A stretch of 64,000 bases of DNA, taken from Candidatus Hodarchaeota archaeon. GTDB lineage: Archaea; Asgardarchaeota; Lokiarchaeia; Sigyniarchaeales; SOKP01. The stretch is from NCBI GenBank assembly GCA_048887225.1, contig JBHLJY010000002.1:160001-224000 (forward strand), given 5' to 3'. A model generated the notes under the pieces. That model did no database searches. It was not told where the DNA came from and saw only the letters and a program-made list of their open reading frames with translations. The position numbers and the translations under genes were made by a program. Shown here one piece after another: positions 51,752 to 61,534 of the stretch (position 1 is the stretch's first letter; every line of letters starts with the position of its first letter).

Positions 51752-53131
51752 ATGAAATCTATAACAAAAAATAGGATTGTTCTGTTTTCTGTGTTAATGG
51801 CACTCATCTTAACTATTGGGAATGTTAACTATATTCAAAATTCTAATGAAAAAAGTTCCAATTTGTTGGAAGTGGAAACTGAAGAAAAGAGCATTGAACA
51901 AATTGAAATAAAAAGTAGTGGAGATAACGATTTTTCAACATTATGGATTAGTGGTGATATTGGAGCTGTAGAGGCCATAAGTATAGGAGATCAGGATGAT
52001 GACGGGAAAGGTGAGATAATTGTAGGAGCTAATCAATATATTAAAGTGTTTGAATATAATGCTACATATAATAACTACACAAATGTATATACAAGTGAAT
52101 GGATAGGCTCTCCATATGCTGTGTGTGTTGGTGATGATCTTGATCAAGACGGAAAGAAAGAAATTATTGGGGGTCATTTTTCTGCCAATTATTTCAACGT
52201 CCGTGAATACAATGGGAATGATAATGATTATGATATAGTCTATAATAGTGGATTAGGAGGTTCAAGTTTTCTTGAAGATATTTGCATTGGTAATGACCTT
52301 GATAAAGATGGGAGGATGGAAATAGTAATTGGGGATGGGCTTTATTTGAATGTATCGGAATATAATGGTGTTGACAACGGTTATACTAATGTTTGGACGA
52401 GCAATTCAATAGGTATGATACAAGATGTATGTACTGATAATGATCTTGATGAAGATGGGAAAGCGGAAATAATTGCAGTTGCTTCTAAAACCTATGTTTT
52501 TGAAAATACAGGTGCTAATGCTTTTACTGAGGTCTGGAGTACGTCTAATAATGGTTATCATGCCTGTGTTGGTAATGATCTTGATAACGATGGCAAAAAA
52601 GAAATTGTTGTTAGTGCTTTTAATGAAAGCGCAATCATATATGAATACAATGGTACAGATAATGGCTACGACCAGGTATGGAATAGTAGTGGTATTGTAA
52701 GTAACGTATTGACTATTTGCGTAGGTAACGATCTTGACAGAGATGGGAAAAATGAGATAATTACAGGTTCTTCAGATGGAAAAGTAACAATTATTGAATA
52801 TAATGGCACTGATAATGGTTATTCTAAGATTTGGGATAGTGGAACAACTATTAATAAATACGTTGAAAATATAGCTGTAAGTGATGATCTTAATAACGAT
52901 GGTAAAAAAGAATTAATTGCTACCACAAATGACTATTCTCCTAACAGATTGTATATTTTTCAGCATGATGACACAATTTCGCCAACGATTATCATTGTAG
53001 ACGACGATGACGATGATGATGACGATGAAGAAGGTATTTATATATCAACTACAACATTAATTGTTGGAGGGACCATCTCTGCAATTGCAATCGTAGCAGT
53101 TATAATACTTTTAATTAAACGAAAGAGATGA
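51752..53131 (+). CDS. Cell-surface FG-GAP/VCBS beta-propeller protein
   Basis: Signal peptide, 7 x DLDxDGKxEI, poly-Asp linker, C-terminal TM + KRKR. Confidence 0.88.
   Translation: MKSITKNRIVLFSVLMALILTIGNVNYIQNSNEKSSNLLEVETEEKSIEQIEIKSSGDNDFSTLWISGDIGAVEAISIGDQDDDGKGEIIVGANQYIKVFEYNATYNNYTNVYTSEWIGSPYAVCVGDDLDQDGKKEIIGGHFSANYFNVREYNGNDNDYDIVYNSGLGGSSFLEDICIGNDLDKDGRMEIVIGDGLYLNVSEYNGVDNGYTNVWTSNSIGMIQDVCTDNDLDEDGKAEIIAVASKTYVFENTGANAFTEVWSTSNNGYHACVGNDLDNDGKKEIVVSAFNESAIIYEYNGTDNGYDQVWNSSGIVSNVLTICVGNDLDRDGKNEIITGSSDGKVTIIEYNGTDNGYSKIWDSGTTINKYVENIAVSDDLNNDGKKELIATTNDYSPNRLYIFQHDDTISPTIIIVDDDDDDDDDEEGIYISTTTLIVGGTISAIAIVAVIILLIKRKR
53000..53032 (+). repeat. (GAY)9 GAA GAA trinucleotide tract encoding D9E2
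   Basis: gacgacgatgacgatgatgatgacgatgaagaa. Confidence 0.85.
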
Positions 53132-53355
53132 ATTAAGAAAAAATCGTAAGTAAAATATAATTATTTAATTTACATCTTTATTCTAAAATATATTACTAAT
53201 AGACTACTAAAATTTAATTTATCCTCAGTTATTTTTAGGTCTAAAAATCAGAAATTCAATAATGAGAGTATATTTTAATTTTGAGATTATTGAATAAAAT
53301 TTAAAGAGCTCATATTTAAATCTTTAAACTTTATAATTAAAGGTCCAAATTAAAG

Positions 53356-54282
53356 ATGGAATTGTTCCAAGTTTTTCGGGACAATCAAAAGAATTTGTTT
53401 TTCCAGTTTAAAAAGAGTGAAGAAGAAAAACTAAAAATTCTTCCTGAAACGGTAAAACGTGTGAATCTTCGATTTGAAATTAATAGACGAGAAACCTGTC
53501 TTAAAAATCCTCCATCTTTAATTTCTATTAAAAAATTCTATTTCTTCAAGGATTTTATAATCCTTACCATTGATCTAAATGAAATATTTAATCTTGACGG
53601 ATTAATAATAAAAATATTGCATTTAACGGTTTTTTTACAATCAAATAAAAGAATAGAAACTTCATTTGATAGAAAATTTGAATTGTCTGAGATTTGTCTT
53701 GACAAAGATTTCAATTTGGAAGAGAGTAACGAAAATTTCTTTACGCAGGAAAGGATTTATCGTGAACGTAAAACAGATTATAAAAATAATAAACAAAAAG
53801 ATACTTTTATTTATGAAAAGAAAAAATTGAATAGAATTTCCCAAAACAATATTATAATGGCGACAATTCGCGAAAATAATAAAAGATTGAAAAATATAGA
53901 AAGCCAACTAGAGACAGTTAATATAACATTAAAAAATATAACATTTAATAATTTTAATTATGTTTCTCAAGATTCACCAAGGAGAGGTGCACTCCAGAGA
54001 GGAATCGAGAGAATAAAGAAAGTTAGAGGGCCAGTGTCAAACTTAGTTCTAAAACCTCCTGGATACCTGTATTTTTTACCCGAATTAAAGACTCTGGTGA
54101 ATAACAGCGAAAGATTTAAAAATTTCTTGAAACCGATGAGTAATGAAGAATTAAATGCGATTACTCTTGATGATGATGAATTGAATAAGAAACAAATAGA
54201 TTTTTATAATCGCCAAAAAAAAAATACAACAGTCAAGCAAACAAAGCAACTTAAGTTGAAAAACTTAAAAATACCGAAATAA
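53356..54282 (+). CDS. Hypothetical protein
   Basis: 308-aa ORF with a short central coiled-coil. Confidence 0.65.
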   Translation: MELFQVFRDNQKNLFFQFKKSEEEKLKILPETVKRVNLRFEINRRETCLKNPPSLISIKKFYFFKDFIILTIDLNEIFNLDGLIIKILHLTVFLQSNKRIETSFDRKFELSEICLDKDFNLEESNENFFTQERIYRERKTDYKNNKQKDTFIYEKKKLNRISQNNIIMATIRENNKRLKNIESQLETVNITLKNITFNNFNYVSQDSPRRGALQRGIERIKKVRGPVSNLVLKPPGYLYFLPELKTLVNNSERFKNFLKPMSNEELNAITLDDDELNKKQIDFYNRQKKNTTVKQTKQLKLKNLKIPK

Positions 54283-54346
54283 TTGATTCTAATATCAGAT
54301 TCGTTAGTAAATTTAAATAAAAAGCAATTATTTTTAATTATTATTT

Positions 54347-54730
54347 ATGGAGAAAAAGCGATTAAATCAAGAATTCTTGGACGAATTTAAAAATTACGAT
54401 TTTTCAAAAATAATTGAAAATAAAATATACTTAGTAGGCTCAATAACTAAGGCGAAAGATTATTTTATTAAAATTGAATCAATCTTACAAATTATTTATA
54501 AGAAATTGGTTTCAATTTGTTCAGTTGATGGCCTTTCGAATAAAAACTTATTTTCTCCAGATGAGTGGGATAAATTGCAAGCAATAGCCATTAGAAAATT
54601 GAATGATCAAGAAGCAATTTTGGTTTTAGATGTGGAAAATTACTTAGGGGATCAATCAAGAGAAGAAATTGAATATTTTGAAACTCAATTAAAGCGACCA
54701 ATTTATTATTTATCAAATTTAAAAATATAA
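54347..54730 (+). CDS. Nucleoside deoxyribosyltransferase-like fold protein
   Basis: IYLVGS...AILVLDVENYLGDQSREEIEY. Confidence 0.55.
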   Translation: MEKKRLNQEFLDEFKNYDFSKIIENKIYLVGSITKAKDYFIKIESILQIIYKKLVSICSVDGLSNKNLFSPDEWDKLQAIAIRKLNDQEAILVLDVENYLGDQSREEIEYFETQLKRPIYYLSNLKI

Positions 54731-54748
54731 AATATAAGGCGTTAAAAA

Positions 54749-55525
54749 ATTCTATTAAATTATTTTATTGGAACCGCAGGAAGTGGAAAATCTACGCTTA
54801 CTGGGGAATTAAAAGATTATATAATTAATCGGGATCCAGAAGTATCTGCTATAACGTTAAATTTAGATCCTGGTGTCAAGGTTATTCCCTATGCTCCAGA
54901 TATAGATATTAGAGATTTTATTGTACTCGACGAGGTTATGGAAGAGTATGGATTAGGTCCTAATGGTGCGATGATACTGGCCTCAGATTTAATGGTTAAT
55001 TATTTAGACGACTTAAAGGATGAGATCGATGAGTTTAATTCTGATTGGGTTTTAGTTGATACTGCCGGTCAATTGGAACTCTTTGCCTTCAGAGAAACAG
55101 GGCCATTAATAGCAAGTTCTTTAGGATTTGGTGATATACAACGGTCTGTATCTTTCCTTTTCGATTCAAATTTTGTTCTTAGACCAAACGGTTTTATTTC
55201 AACGTTATTATTAGCAGCCTCAGTTCAATTTCGGTTCAGAAAAATTCCCCAGATTAATATTCTTTCCAAAGTAGACTTATTAGATGATGACCAAATAGAA
55301 ATGATCGTTAATTGGAGCCAAGATTTTCAATCTCTGGAAGATTCTACAAGTGAGAGAGAAAAAGGATTAATAAGAGAATTGTCAATGGATTTATCTGAGG
55401 TGTTTATTCAAATGGGATCAACTGCGGAATTAATTCCCTGTACTAATAGAGAAGAAAATGGTCTTGATTTATTATTTGGAAGTTTACAAAGAGTTTTTGA
55501 TTCTGATAAATCGAGATTTTATTGA
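54749..55525 (+). CDS. GPN-loop GTPase; probable ATT start
   Basis: GTAGSGKST (from 54770) and NLDPG are upstream of and in frame with the ORF-track start; GLGPNG, DTAGQLE, SKVD. Confidence 0.92.
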   Translation: MLLNYFIGTAGSGKSTLTGELKDYIINRDPEVSAITLNLDPGVKVIPYAPDIDIRDFIVLDEVMEEYGLGPNGAMILASDLMVNYLDDLKDEIDEFNSDWVLVDTAGQLELFAFRETGPLIASSLGFGDIQRSVSFLFDSNFVLRPNGFISTLLLAASVQFRFRKIPQINILSKVDLLDDDQIEMIVNWSQDFQSLEDSTSEREKGLIRELSMDLSEVFIQMGSTAELIPCTNREENGLDLLFGSLQRVFDSDKSRFY

Positions 55526-55613
55526 TATTATTAATTTTTCTTAAGATTTAAGTAAATTAGATTAATTTCATTAATTAAATTAAAACTTAAAAAGATTCAT
55601 AGCATAAATACGA

Positions 55614-56711
55614 ATGAAAATTATCGGGCCTATCGCTGGAATTGGCTCTAGATTACGTCCCTTTACTTTAAGCAAGCCAAAAGCATTTATTAGAGTTGCT
55701 GGAAAAACGGTTCTTGACCATATTCTTACTAAATTTACAAATACTTTTGAACCTGATACCGAATTAATTATTATTGTTGGATATAAAAAACGGCAAATAA
55801 TAAATTATATCTCCAAAAATTATAGCGATAAATTTAAACTTACTTTTATCGAGCAAATACCTCGAGGTTACACCGATAATGTGCCATATTATTGGGGATT
55901 AGGAGAAGCTGTGTATTTAGCTCATAAAAGATTTGAAGATAAAGAATTCAGTAATTCTGAAGAAGATAAAAGAGAAGGAGCGCTTATTTTTCTAGGTGAT
56001 ATGATTTTACTTGACGAATATTCGTATGTAATGATGAGATATTATGAATCTGATGTGGATGGAATAATAACAGTAATGAAAGTTCCTAAAGAAGACGCAA
56101 GTTCATATGGTGTTGTAGTCATAGATGAAAATAATATTATTACGAAAATGGTTGAAAAGCCACCAACATTCATTTCAGATTTAGCAATCGCCGGTATATA
56201 TGCTTTTTCAAATTCAGCAGCTAAAGCTCTTTTTAAAAATATTAAGAAATATTTGGATCAGAGAACGGAACAGTCAAAAGAAATTTATATGACGGAAAGT
56301 ATGCAGGATTTAGTTGATCAGGGTTTTAAAATCGCAGCAGTAGAGTTAAAAAGGGGGATACTCGATTTTGGAAGGCCTTCAGAAGTGTTAAATGGTAATC
56401 GATTTCTTTTAGAACATCAATCCATTAAAAAAGAAGAATTAGAGACTTTAAATATCTCTGTGGAGAAGAGTTTTATAAAAAATCCAAATTATATTGGAAG
56501 GAATACTAAAATCATAAATTCTATTATAGGCCCATACGTTTCAATAGGAAATAATTGTGTCATTAAAAATTCAATCTTAGAAAGCTGTGTAATAGAAAAA
56601 AATAATACGCTTACAAATATAATAACTAAAAATTCTATCATTGGTAGTAATGTAGAAGTTGAAAATATAAGTAAAGATAATTTAATTATTGGGGATAAGA
56701 GCGCTTTTTAA
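55614..56711 (+). CDS. Sugar-1-phosphate nucleotidyltransferase with left-handed beta-helix tail
   Basis: AGIGSRLRPFTLSKPK, VEKP, IIGPYVSIG. Confidence 0.92.
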   Translation: MKIIGPIAGIGSRLRPFTLSKPKAFIRVAGKTVLDHILTKFTNTFEPDTELIIIVGYKKRQIINYISKNYSDKFKLTFIEQIPRGYTDNVPYYWGLGEAVYLAHKRFEDKEFSNSEEDKREGALIFLGDMILLDEYSYVMMRYYESDVDGIITVMKVPKEDASSYGVVVIDENNIITKMVEKPPTFISDLAIAGIYAFSNSAAKALFKNIKKYLDQRTEQSKEIYMTESMQDLVDQGFKIAAVELKRGILDFGRPSEVLNGNRFLLEHQSIKKEELETLNISVEKSFIKNPNYIGRNTKIINSIIGPYVSIGNNCVIKNSILESCVIEKNNTLTNIITKNSIIGSNVEVENISKDNLIIGDKSAF

Positions 56712-56868
56712 TTATTTTCTAAAATTGGAATTTTTAATAATTGAAAACTACTAATTTTGTTATACTCTTTTAAATTGAGTAAAGTATTAATTTTAGCAAG
56801 ATAAATTTATTAACTAATGACTATAAGTTTTTTTTATTAGAAATCAAAAATAATTCCGATAAGTTATT

Positions 56869-58317
56869 ATGCCTTACAACGTCGCCTTTGATCTATCTCA
56901 TAAGCCTCGAGGAAAAATTGATGAAAACTATACTGAACTCCGAGATCATTTAAATGCAAACGATTTTGTTTGTTATAATTTTTTAGAAACACCTATTACC
57001 CAAGAATCTTTAAAAATTTATGATATTTTAGTTTTTGTCTGTCCCGATTATGCAAAAATAACACCTCCAGAAATATTAGAAATTGTAAATTGGGTAAAAG
57101 AAGAGGGGGGTGGCTTACTTTTACTCTCTCATGCAGGGGGTGATAAAGGCAGAAGTAGTAATTTAAGTGAATTAAGTGAAAATTTTGGTATTTCCTTTGA
57201 AAATGATCAAGTTCTTGATGAGATGAGTAATAATGGAATGGAAAATATTCCAATCATAACTGCTGCTAATTTTACTCCACCACACCCTATAACCAATGGT
57301 ATAAACGAAATTTGTTTCCGCGCCGGGTGTTCACTTACAGTTCTTGGAGGAGCAATTTCTGTAGTTTCTTCAAATGAAACATCTGACCCTTTTTCAAGTC
57401 CGTTAATCTGTGTTGCTGAACTGGAAAATGGTAGAGTATGTGCCACCGGTAGTTATGAAATGTTTAGAGATAGAACTGGAGGAGGATTTCAGACCGATGA
57501 ACATGCTAGATTAGCTTTAAATATTTTTGAATGGTTATTAAGTGAACATAGGAAGGAAATTACCCAATATGGTACAGTTCATGCTGCTCCTACTGCTCCA
57601 GCTCAACCCAATTCAACTCAATTAACAGAGCAATTCACATCACCGTATAGTTCTGATATAGATACACAAAGTATTGATTCTACAACAAAATTTTCCTCAA
57701 AAGAGGAATTAACAAGTCTTTTAAATACATATTTACTTCAAATTAATACTATTAAAAATAACATTAAAGATCTCATCAAAAATATAAATATTTATGGCGA
57801 TGCTATTTTTAAGCAAGGACCACAAACAGATGAAGTAGCAGAAGGTATTCAGGATTCTTATCAAACAATTGAAAGTGGTGAACAGGAAACTAATTCTCTC
57901 TCACCTTTACCAACAAAACCTCCCGACTTAAAGAAAGAAGTCAAAAAGGGAAAAGCAAAATCCAAAGAAGTCTTCATTGGACTGGAACCTGTAGAATACA
58001 AAGAGCGAGATACTATTGAAAAAGTATCAGATATAGCTTTAGCTGAAATAATTAAGAAAAAAAAAAAAAAGAAGGCAAAACCCAAGGATAAAGTTGGGAA
58101 AGCACCTAAGGGTGACAGAGAAAAATTAGAATTAGAATTGGAAGGATTAGAGTCGAAATTAAATTCCGCTTTTAATTTAATAAATTTTATCGAAAAGAAG
58201 CACGAATCCGGTAAATTGGATGATAACTCATATGAAAAACAAACGCGCAAACTTCAAAATGATTTAGAGCAAACTAAAAAACGTATCGCAGAAATTAGAA
58301 ATATTTTAGAAAGTTAA
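56869..58317 (+). CDS. GIFT (IFT52/GldG, DUF4350-like) domain protein with coiled-coil C-terminus
   Basis: VAFDLSH, YDILVFVCP, GGGLLLLSHAGG, FGISFENDQV, GRVCATGSYEMF, NIFEWL. Confidence 0.7.
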   Translation: MPYNVAFDLSHKPRGKIDENYTELRDHLNANDFVCYNFLETPITQESLKIYDILVFVCPDYAKITPPEILEIVNWVKEEGGGLLLLSHAGGDKGRSSNLSELSENFGISFENDQVLDEMSNNGMENIPIITAANFTPPHPITNGINEICFRAGCSLTVLGGAISVVSSNETSDPFSSPLICVAELENGRVCATGSYEMFRDRTGGGFQTDEHARLALNIFEWLLSEHRKEITQYGTVHAAPTAPAQPNSTQLTEQFTSPYSSDIDTQSIDSTTKFSSKEELTSLLNTYLLQINTIKNNIKDLIKNINIYGDAIFKQGPQTDEVAEGIQDSYQTIESGEQETNSLSPLPTKPPDLKKEVKKGKAKSKEVFIGLEPVEYKERDTIEKVSDIALAEIIKKKKKKKAKPKDKVGKAPKGDREKLELELEGLESKLNSAFNLINFIEKKHESGKLDDNSYEKQTRKLQNDLEQTKKRIAEIRNILES

Positions 58318-58330
58318 AATAATTGTTGAG

Positions 58331-59686
58331 CTAAGGATAATTATCTTTAACTACTTTCTCTTGTTTTGGTTTTACAGGGTGGCCATCTGGTATATATGGT
58401 TGAGCATATTTATTAACAATTTCAAAAAAATCCCTGTCAGAAACTCCTCTTGTAATTTTCTTCTGTTCTTCTTTGATTTTTTCAAAAGCTTTTCTTAGAT
58501 CCTCTTTGGATGTTGATTCATGAACAGTTTTTACTTCAGTTACAATCTTATGTATTATTTCTTCTGGTATATCTAAATCCAAAATTTTTAATTTACTCTC
58601 TAATGCATGAATAATTGATTTTGAACCCGAAAATTTCCCTAAATAGAATTTCCTCCTTTTTCCTACTATATGAGGATTAATTGGTTCATAAGTTAAAGGA
58701 TGAGCTAATATGGCGGCGATATGTAATCCACTTTCATGAGAAAAAGCATAATCTCCAACAATAGGTTTGTATTGAGATAATGGTTTACAAAAATATTTCT
58801 CACAAACTTCAGAAAGTTCAGGTAATTGATTTAATTTAATTCCCGTATTAAATCCTAATCGATGTAGGTTCATTACTACTTCATCTAAGGCTGCGTTTCC
58901 GGCTCGTTCACCATAACCATTAATACATGTATGCGGATATTGACATCCATGAAGAACCCCTGTAATTGTATTTGCTACTGCTAAGCCAAAATCATTATGA
59001 GTGTGAATCCCCATATAAATCTTTTCTTTTTGGGGTTCAATCACTTCCTTCATGATTCGATTTACTAAATATCTAGTTGAAAATGGCGTTAAAACACCTA
59101 CAGTATCACCGAGAACTATTCTTTCAGCACCCGCTTCTATAGCAGTTAAAAACACATTTTTTAAATGATCAAAGTCGCAGCGTGTTCCATCTTCAGAAAC
59201 CCAGTTAACTTTAAATCCATTATCCTTTGCGTAATGAATAGCATTTTTTATCATTTCCAATTGAAATTCTTCAGTATGTTTTAACGTTTTCCTAAAAATT
59301 GGAGAGATTGGCATAAATACTACAATTTCTCCGAGATCTGCAGCAATACAAGCGTCTATATCGTCGTTTCTAGGCCTTGCTATACCAAGTATCGTAGATC
59401 TTCTAAAATTTTCGTTTACTATAGCTTTAACAATATTTTTTTCGGATTCTGAAACTGCTGGAAAACCTACAGCTATTAATTTAACACCAATTTCATCCAT
59501 CAACTTTGTTAAATGTATTTTTTCATCAATTGTAAGATATACTGTTGGACTTTGTTCTCCATCTCTGAGTGTTTCATCCCAAATAGAAACTTCCTTCGGA
59601 ACTTTAAAATCAAAAGATTCGAAGGCAATCTTATTATAATCAATAAGTAGCTTTTCGAGTTCTTCTTTGGTAAACTTATAAGACAT
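58331..59686 (-). CDS. Homocitrate/isopropylmalate synthase family (no LeuA regulatory domain)
   Basis: DETLRDGEQ, HTHNDFGLA, GYGERAGN, HESGLH, GKFSG. Confidence 0.93.
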   Translation of the reverse strand: MSYKFTKEELEKLLIDYNKIAFESFDFKVPKEVSIWDETLRDGEQSPTVYLTIDEKIHLTKLMDEIGVKLIAVGFPAVSESEKNIVKAIVNENFRRSTILGIARPRNDDIDACIAADLGEIVVFMPISPIFRKTLKHTEEFQLEMIKNAIHYAKDNGFKVNWVSEDGTRCDFDHLKNVFLTAIEAGAERIVLGDTVGVLTPFSTRYLVNRIMKEVIEPQKEKIYMGIHTHNDFGLAVANTITGVLHGCQYPHTCINGYGERAGNAALDEVVMNLHRLGFNTGIKLNQLPELSEVCEKYFCKPLSQYKPIVGDYAFSHESGLHIAAILAHPLTYEPINPHIVGKRRKFYLGKFSGSKSIIHALESKLKILDLDIPEEIIHKIVTEVKTVHESTSKEDLRKAFEKIKEEQKKITRGVSDRDFFEIVNKYAQPYIPDGHPVKPKQEKVVKDNYP

Positions 59687-59788
59687 AACTAATTCTCCAC
59701 GATGATTAGTTAATAATAGAAATTAAAGAAGTTAAATAAAGTTCATTTTATAAAAGTATAATGGCAAAAAACTATAAGGATTTGGATT

Positions 59789-60289
59789 TTAATTAAAAAA
59801 AAACTTGAAATTTCTTATGCATTTCTTTCCTTCATTCATCAAACAGTTATTTATTTGAGGAGATACATCAAATTTTATACCTAATCCTTCAAACCAGCCT
59901 TCAATTCTGTCATAAATACCACAAATATAATCGTCTAAGACACCAATACGTTTAATCCCATTATAAGCAAAACATTTATGCATTTCAAATGTTAATTCAT
60001 TATCGTTGGAAAATTCGTATGAGAACTTCATAAAATCTGCTTTTACAATATCAACAACCTTATCCATGAAGTTCTTTAATTCTTCCAATGTTTTTATTTT
60101 TTCAATGCCAAGAACTTTTTTGAACCTTTTACACTCAACAAAACCTAGCCCTCGTGAAGCAGCTTTATTGATTTTGTTTGTTTTTTCAATTCCAACCTTT
60201 CTTAATGAATGTAGAAACCACATGCCATCATGAGTCATCCAAGATTTGAATAACAGTTCCTTTATTTCCTTTTCATTTAGAGTTTTCAT
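59789..60289 (-). CDS. DUF6125-like protein
   Basis: WMTHDGMWF, Cys-containing C-terminus. Confidence 0.7.
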   Translation of the reverse strand: MKTLNEKEIKELLFKSWMTHDGMWFLHSLRKVGIEKTNKINKAASRGLGFVECKRFKKVLGIEKIKTLEELKNFMDKVVDIVKADFMKFSYEFSNDNELTFEMHKCFAYNGIKRIGVLDDYICGIYDRIEGWFEGLGIKFDVSPQINNCLMNEGKKCIRNFKFFFN

Positions 60290-60314
60290 TTTTCTTCATT
60301 AGATTTTCTTCTTG

Positions 60315-60767
60315 TTATAAGTAGCGCGCTTCAAGTTGAGTACCACAAGATTTACATATCCTGCCGCGCCAATGAGCTAATGTTTGACATGAAGGACAAC
60401 TATTTAATTCTATAGTTTTAGCAATCCAATCTTCCTTACTATGTTGTTTACGATAATTAACGTCAAATTTAACCTTTTTTATAAATTCTTTAACAGGGAA
60501 ACGTTCTATAATCTTACACGGGAATTCATCACAATCTACGCAACTTTCGTATCCTCTTTTCAAGGCACATGATTTCATTGGACACATCTTGCAAATAAAT
60601 AGCGGTTCTTCAGATCTACATCCTTCACAAATTATTTGGTCTGGTTTAATTCCTATCATTTTTGCGAGTTTTTCTTTCAGTCGTTCATCATTTGTTATGT
60701 AAGCAATTCGGAATGAGCAAACTCTACAATTTGTCCCGCAATATGCCATAAAATTCGGATCTTCCAT
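60315..60767 (-). CDS. DUF3795 Cys-rich protein with zinc ribbon
   Basis: AYCGTNCRVC, CEGC, CVDCDEFPC, CPSC...CKSC. Confidence 0.85.
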   Translation of the reverse strand: MEDPNFMAYCGTNCRVCSFRIAYITNDERLKEKLAKMIGIKPDQIICEGCRSEEPLFICKMCPMKSCALKRGYESCVDCDEFPCKIIERFPVKEFIKKVKFDVNYRKQHSKEDWIAKTIELNSCPSCQTLAHWRGRICKSCGTQLEARYL

Positions 60768-60783
60768 CTTAACTCAATATATT

Positions 60784-61350
60784 TTATTTATTGTTTTTAT
60801 GTAATATAAATTTGAATTCACAGCAATTATCCCCATTAGAAAAACGTTTTACTGGAATTATTTCTCCATTTACTCCCATAGATTCTAACCAACCTCTATG
60901 TCTATGATTACAAGCGCATTTATATTCAGATTCAGCTTTAGATTTCTCTACTTCTTTCCAAATGAAGCATTTATCTACTATACCGACGCCTTCAGTATCA
61001 GAGTGAGCAATAAAACTGAATTTCATAACTTTGGGAATAATAACATCCATAAATGTATTAATAATTTTAATGAGTTCTGGTATTGATGTAATTGATCCTT
61101 TTTTAATACCTAAAGCGTTTAAAATGTGGCGAGCTTCGATTTTTCCCATTGAAAAAATAACCCTTTGGTTTAACTGATTTGCTTGTTCTATTCCATATTC
61201 TCTTTTAGATTTTAAAAACCATTGACCATCCCATTGAGCCATGCATATCTGAAGCAGAAATTTCTGTGTAGCAAGAGCAATATCATATTTTTCTTTTATT
61301 AAATTACTAGAATCATCTCGATTTTTAACTATTGTGGATTTTTCATACAT
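60784..61350 (-). CDS. DUF6125-like protein (paralog of 59789..60289)
   Basis: WDGQWF, KCF, C-terminal CEFKF; ATG 61350 preferred over TTG 61398. Confidence 0.7.
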   Translation of the reverse strand: MYEKSTIVKNRDDSSNLIKEKYDIALATQKFLLQICMAQWDGQWFLKSKREYGIEQANQLNQRVIFSMGKIEARHILNALGIKKGSITSIPELIKIINTFMDVIIPKVMKFSFIAHSDTEGVGIVDKCFIWKEVEKSKAESEYKCACNHRHRGWLESMGVNGEIIPVKRFSNGDNCCEFKFILHKNNK

Positions 61351-61425
61351 ATAAATTCCTTTTAAACTTAATATGATTCGATAATAACAGAGATTCAAAT
61401 ACTTATATAATTTTCCGATTTAAAA

Positions 61426-61518
61426 CAACTTTTTTTAAGTTGAAAAAAAAAAATGCAAAAATTCTAAATAATTTAAAAATAATATTAAGATCAATAGAAA
61501 CTTTTTTTAAGTTGAAAA
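61426..61518. promoter_or_regulatory. Two palindromic operator-like boxes AACTT-N5-AAGTT
   Basis: CAACTTtttttAAGTTG (61426-42) and AAACTTtttttAAGTTG (61498-514) in the divergent promoter of the TrmB gene. Confidence 0.7.
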
Positions 61519-61534
61519 TAAGAATTCATATAAA

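Noticed and set aside
51950-52930. Periodic nucleotide repeats resembling an array
   Set aside because: Explained by FG-GAP protein repeats; not CRISPR
53223-53230. CCTCAGTT matching the tRNA-Trp 3' region as a possible att site
   Set aside because: Only 8 bp, expected by chance; no integrase nearby
58053-58073. Poly-A run as a programmed frameshift site
   Set aside because: The frame stays open and encodes a poly-Lys stretch; no alternative-frame product is evident
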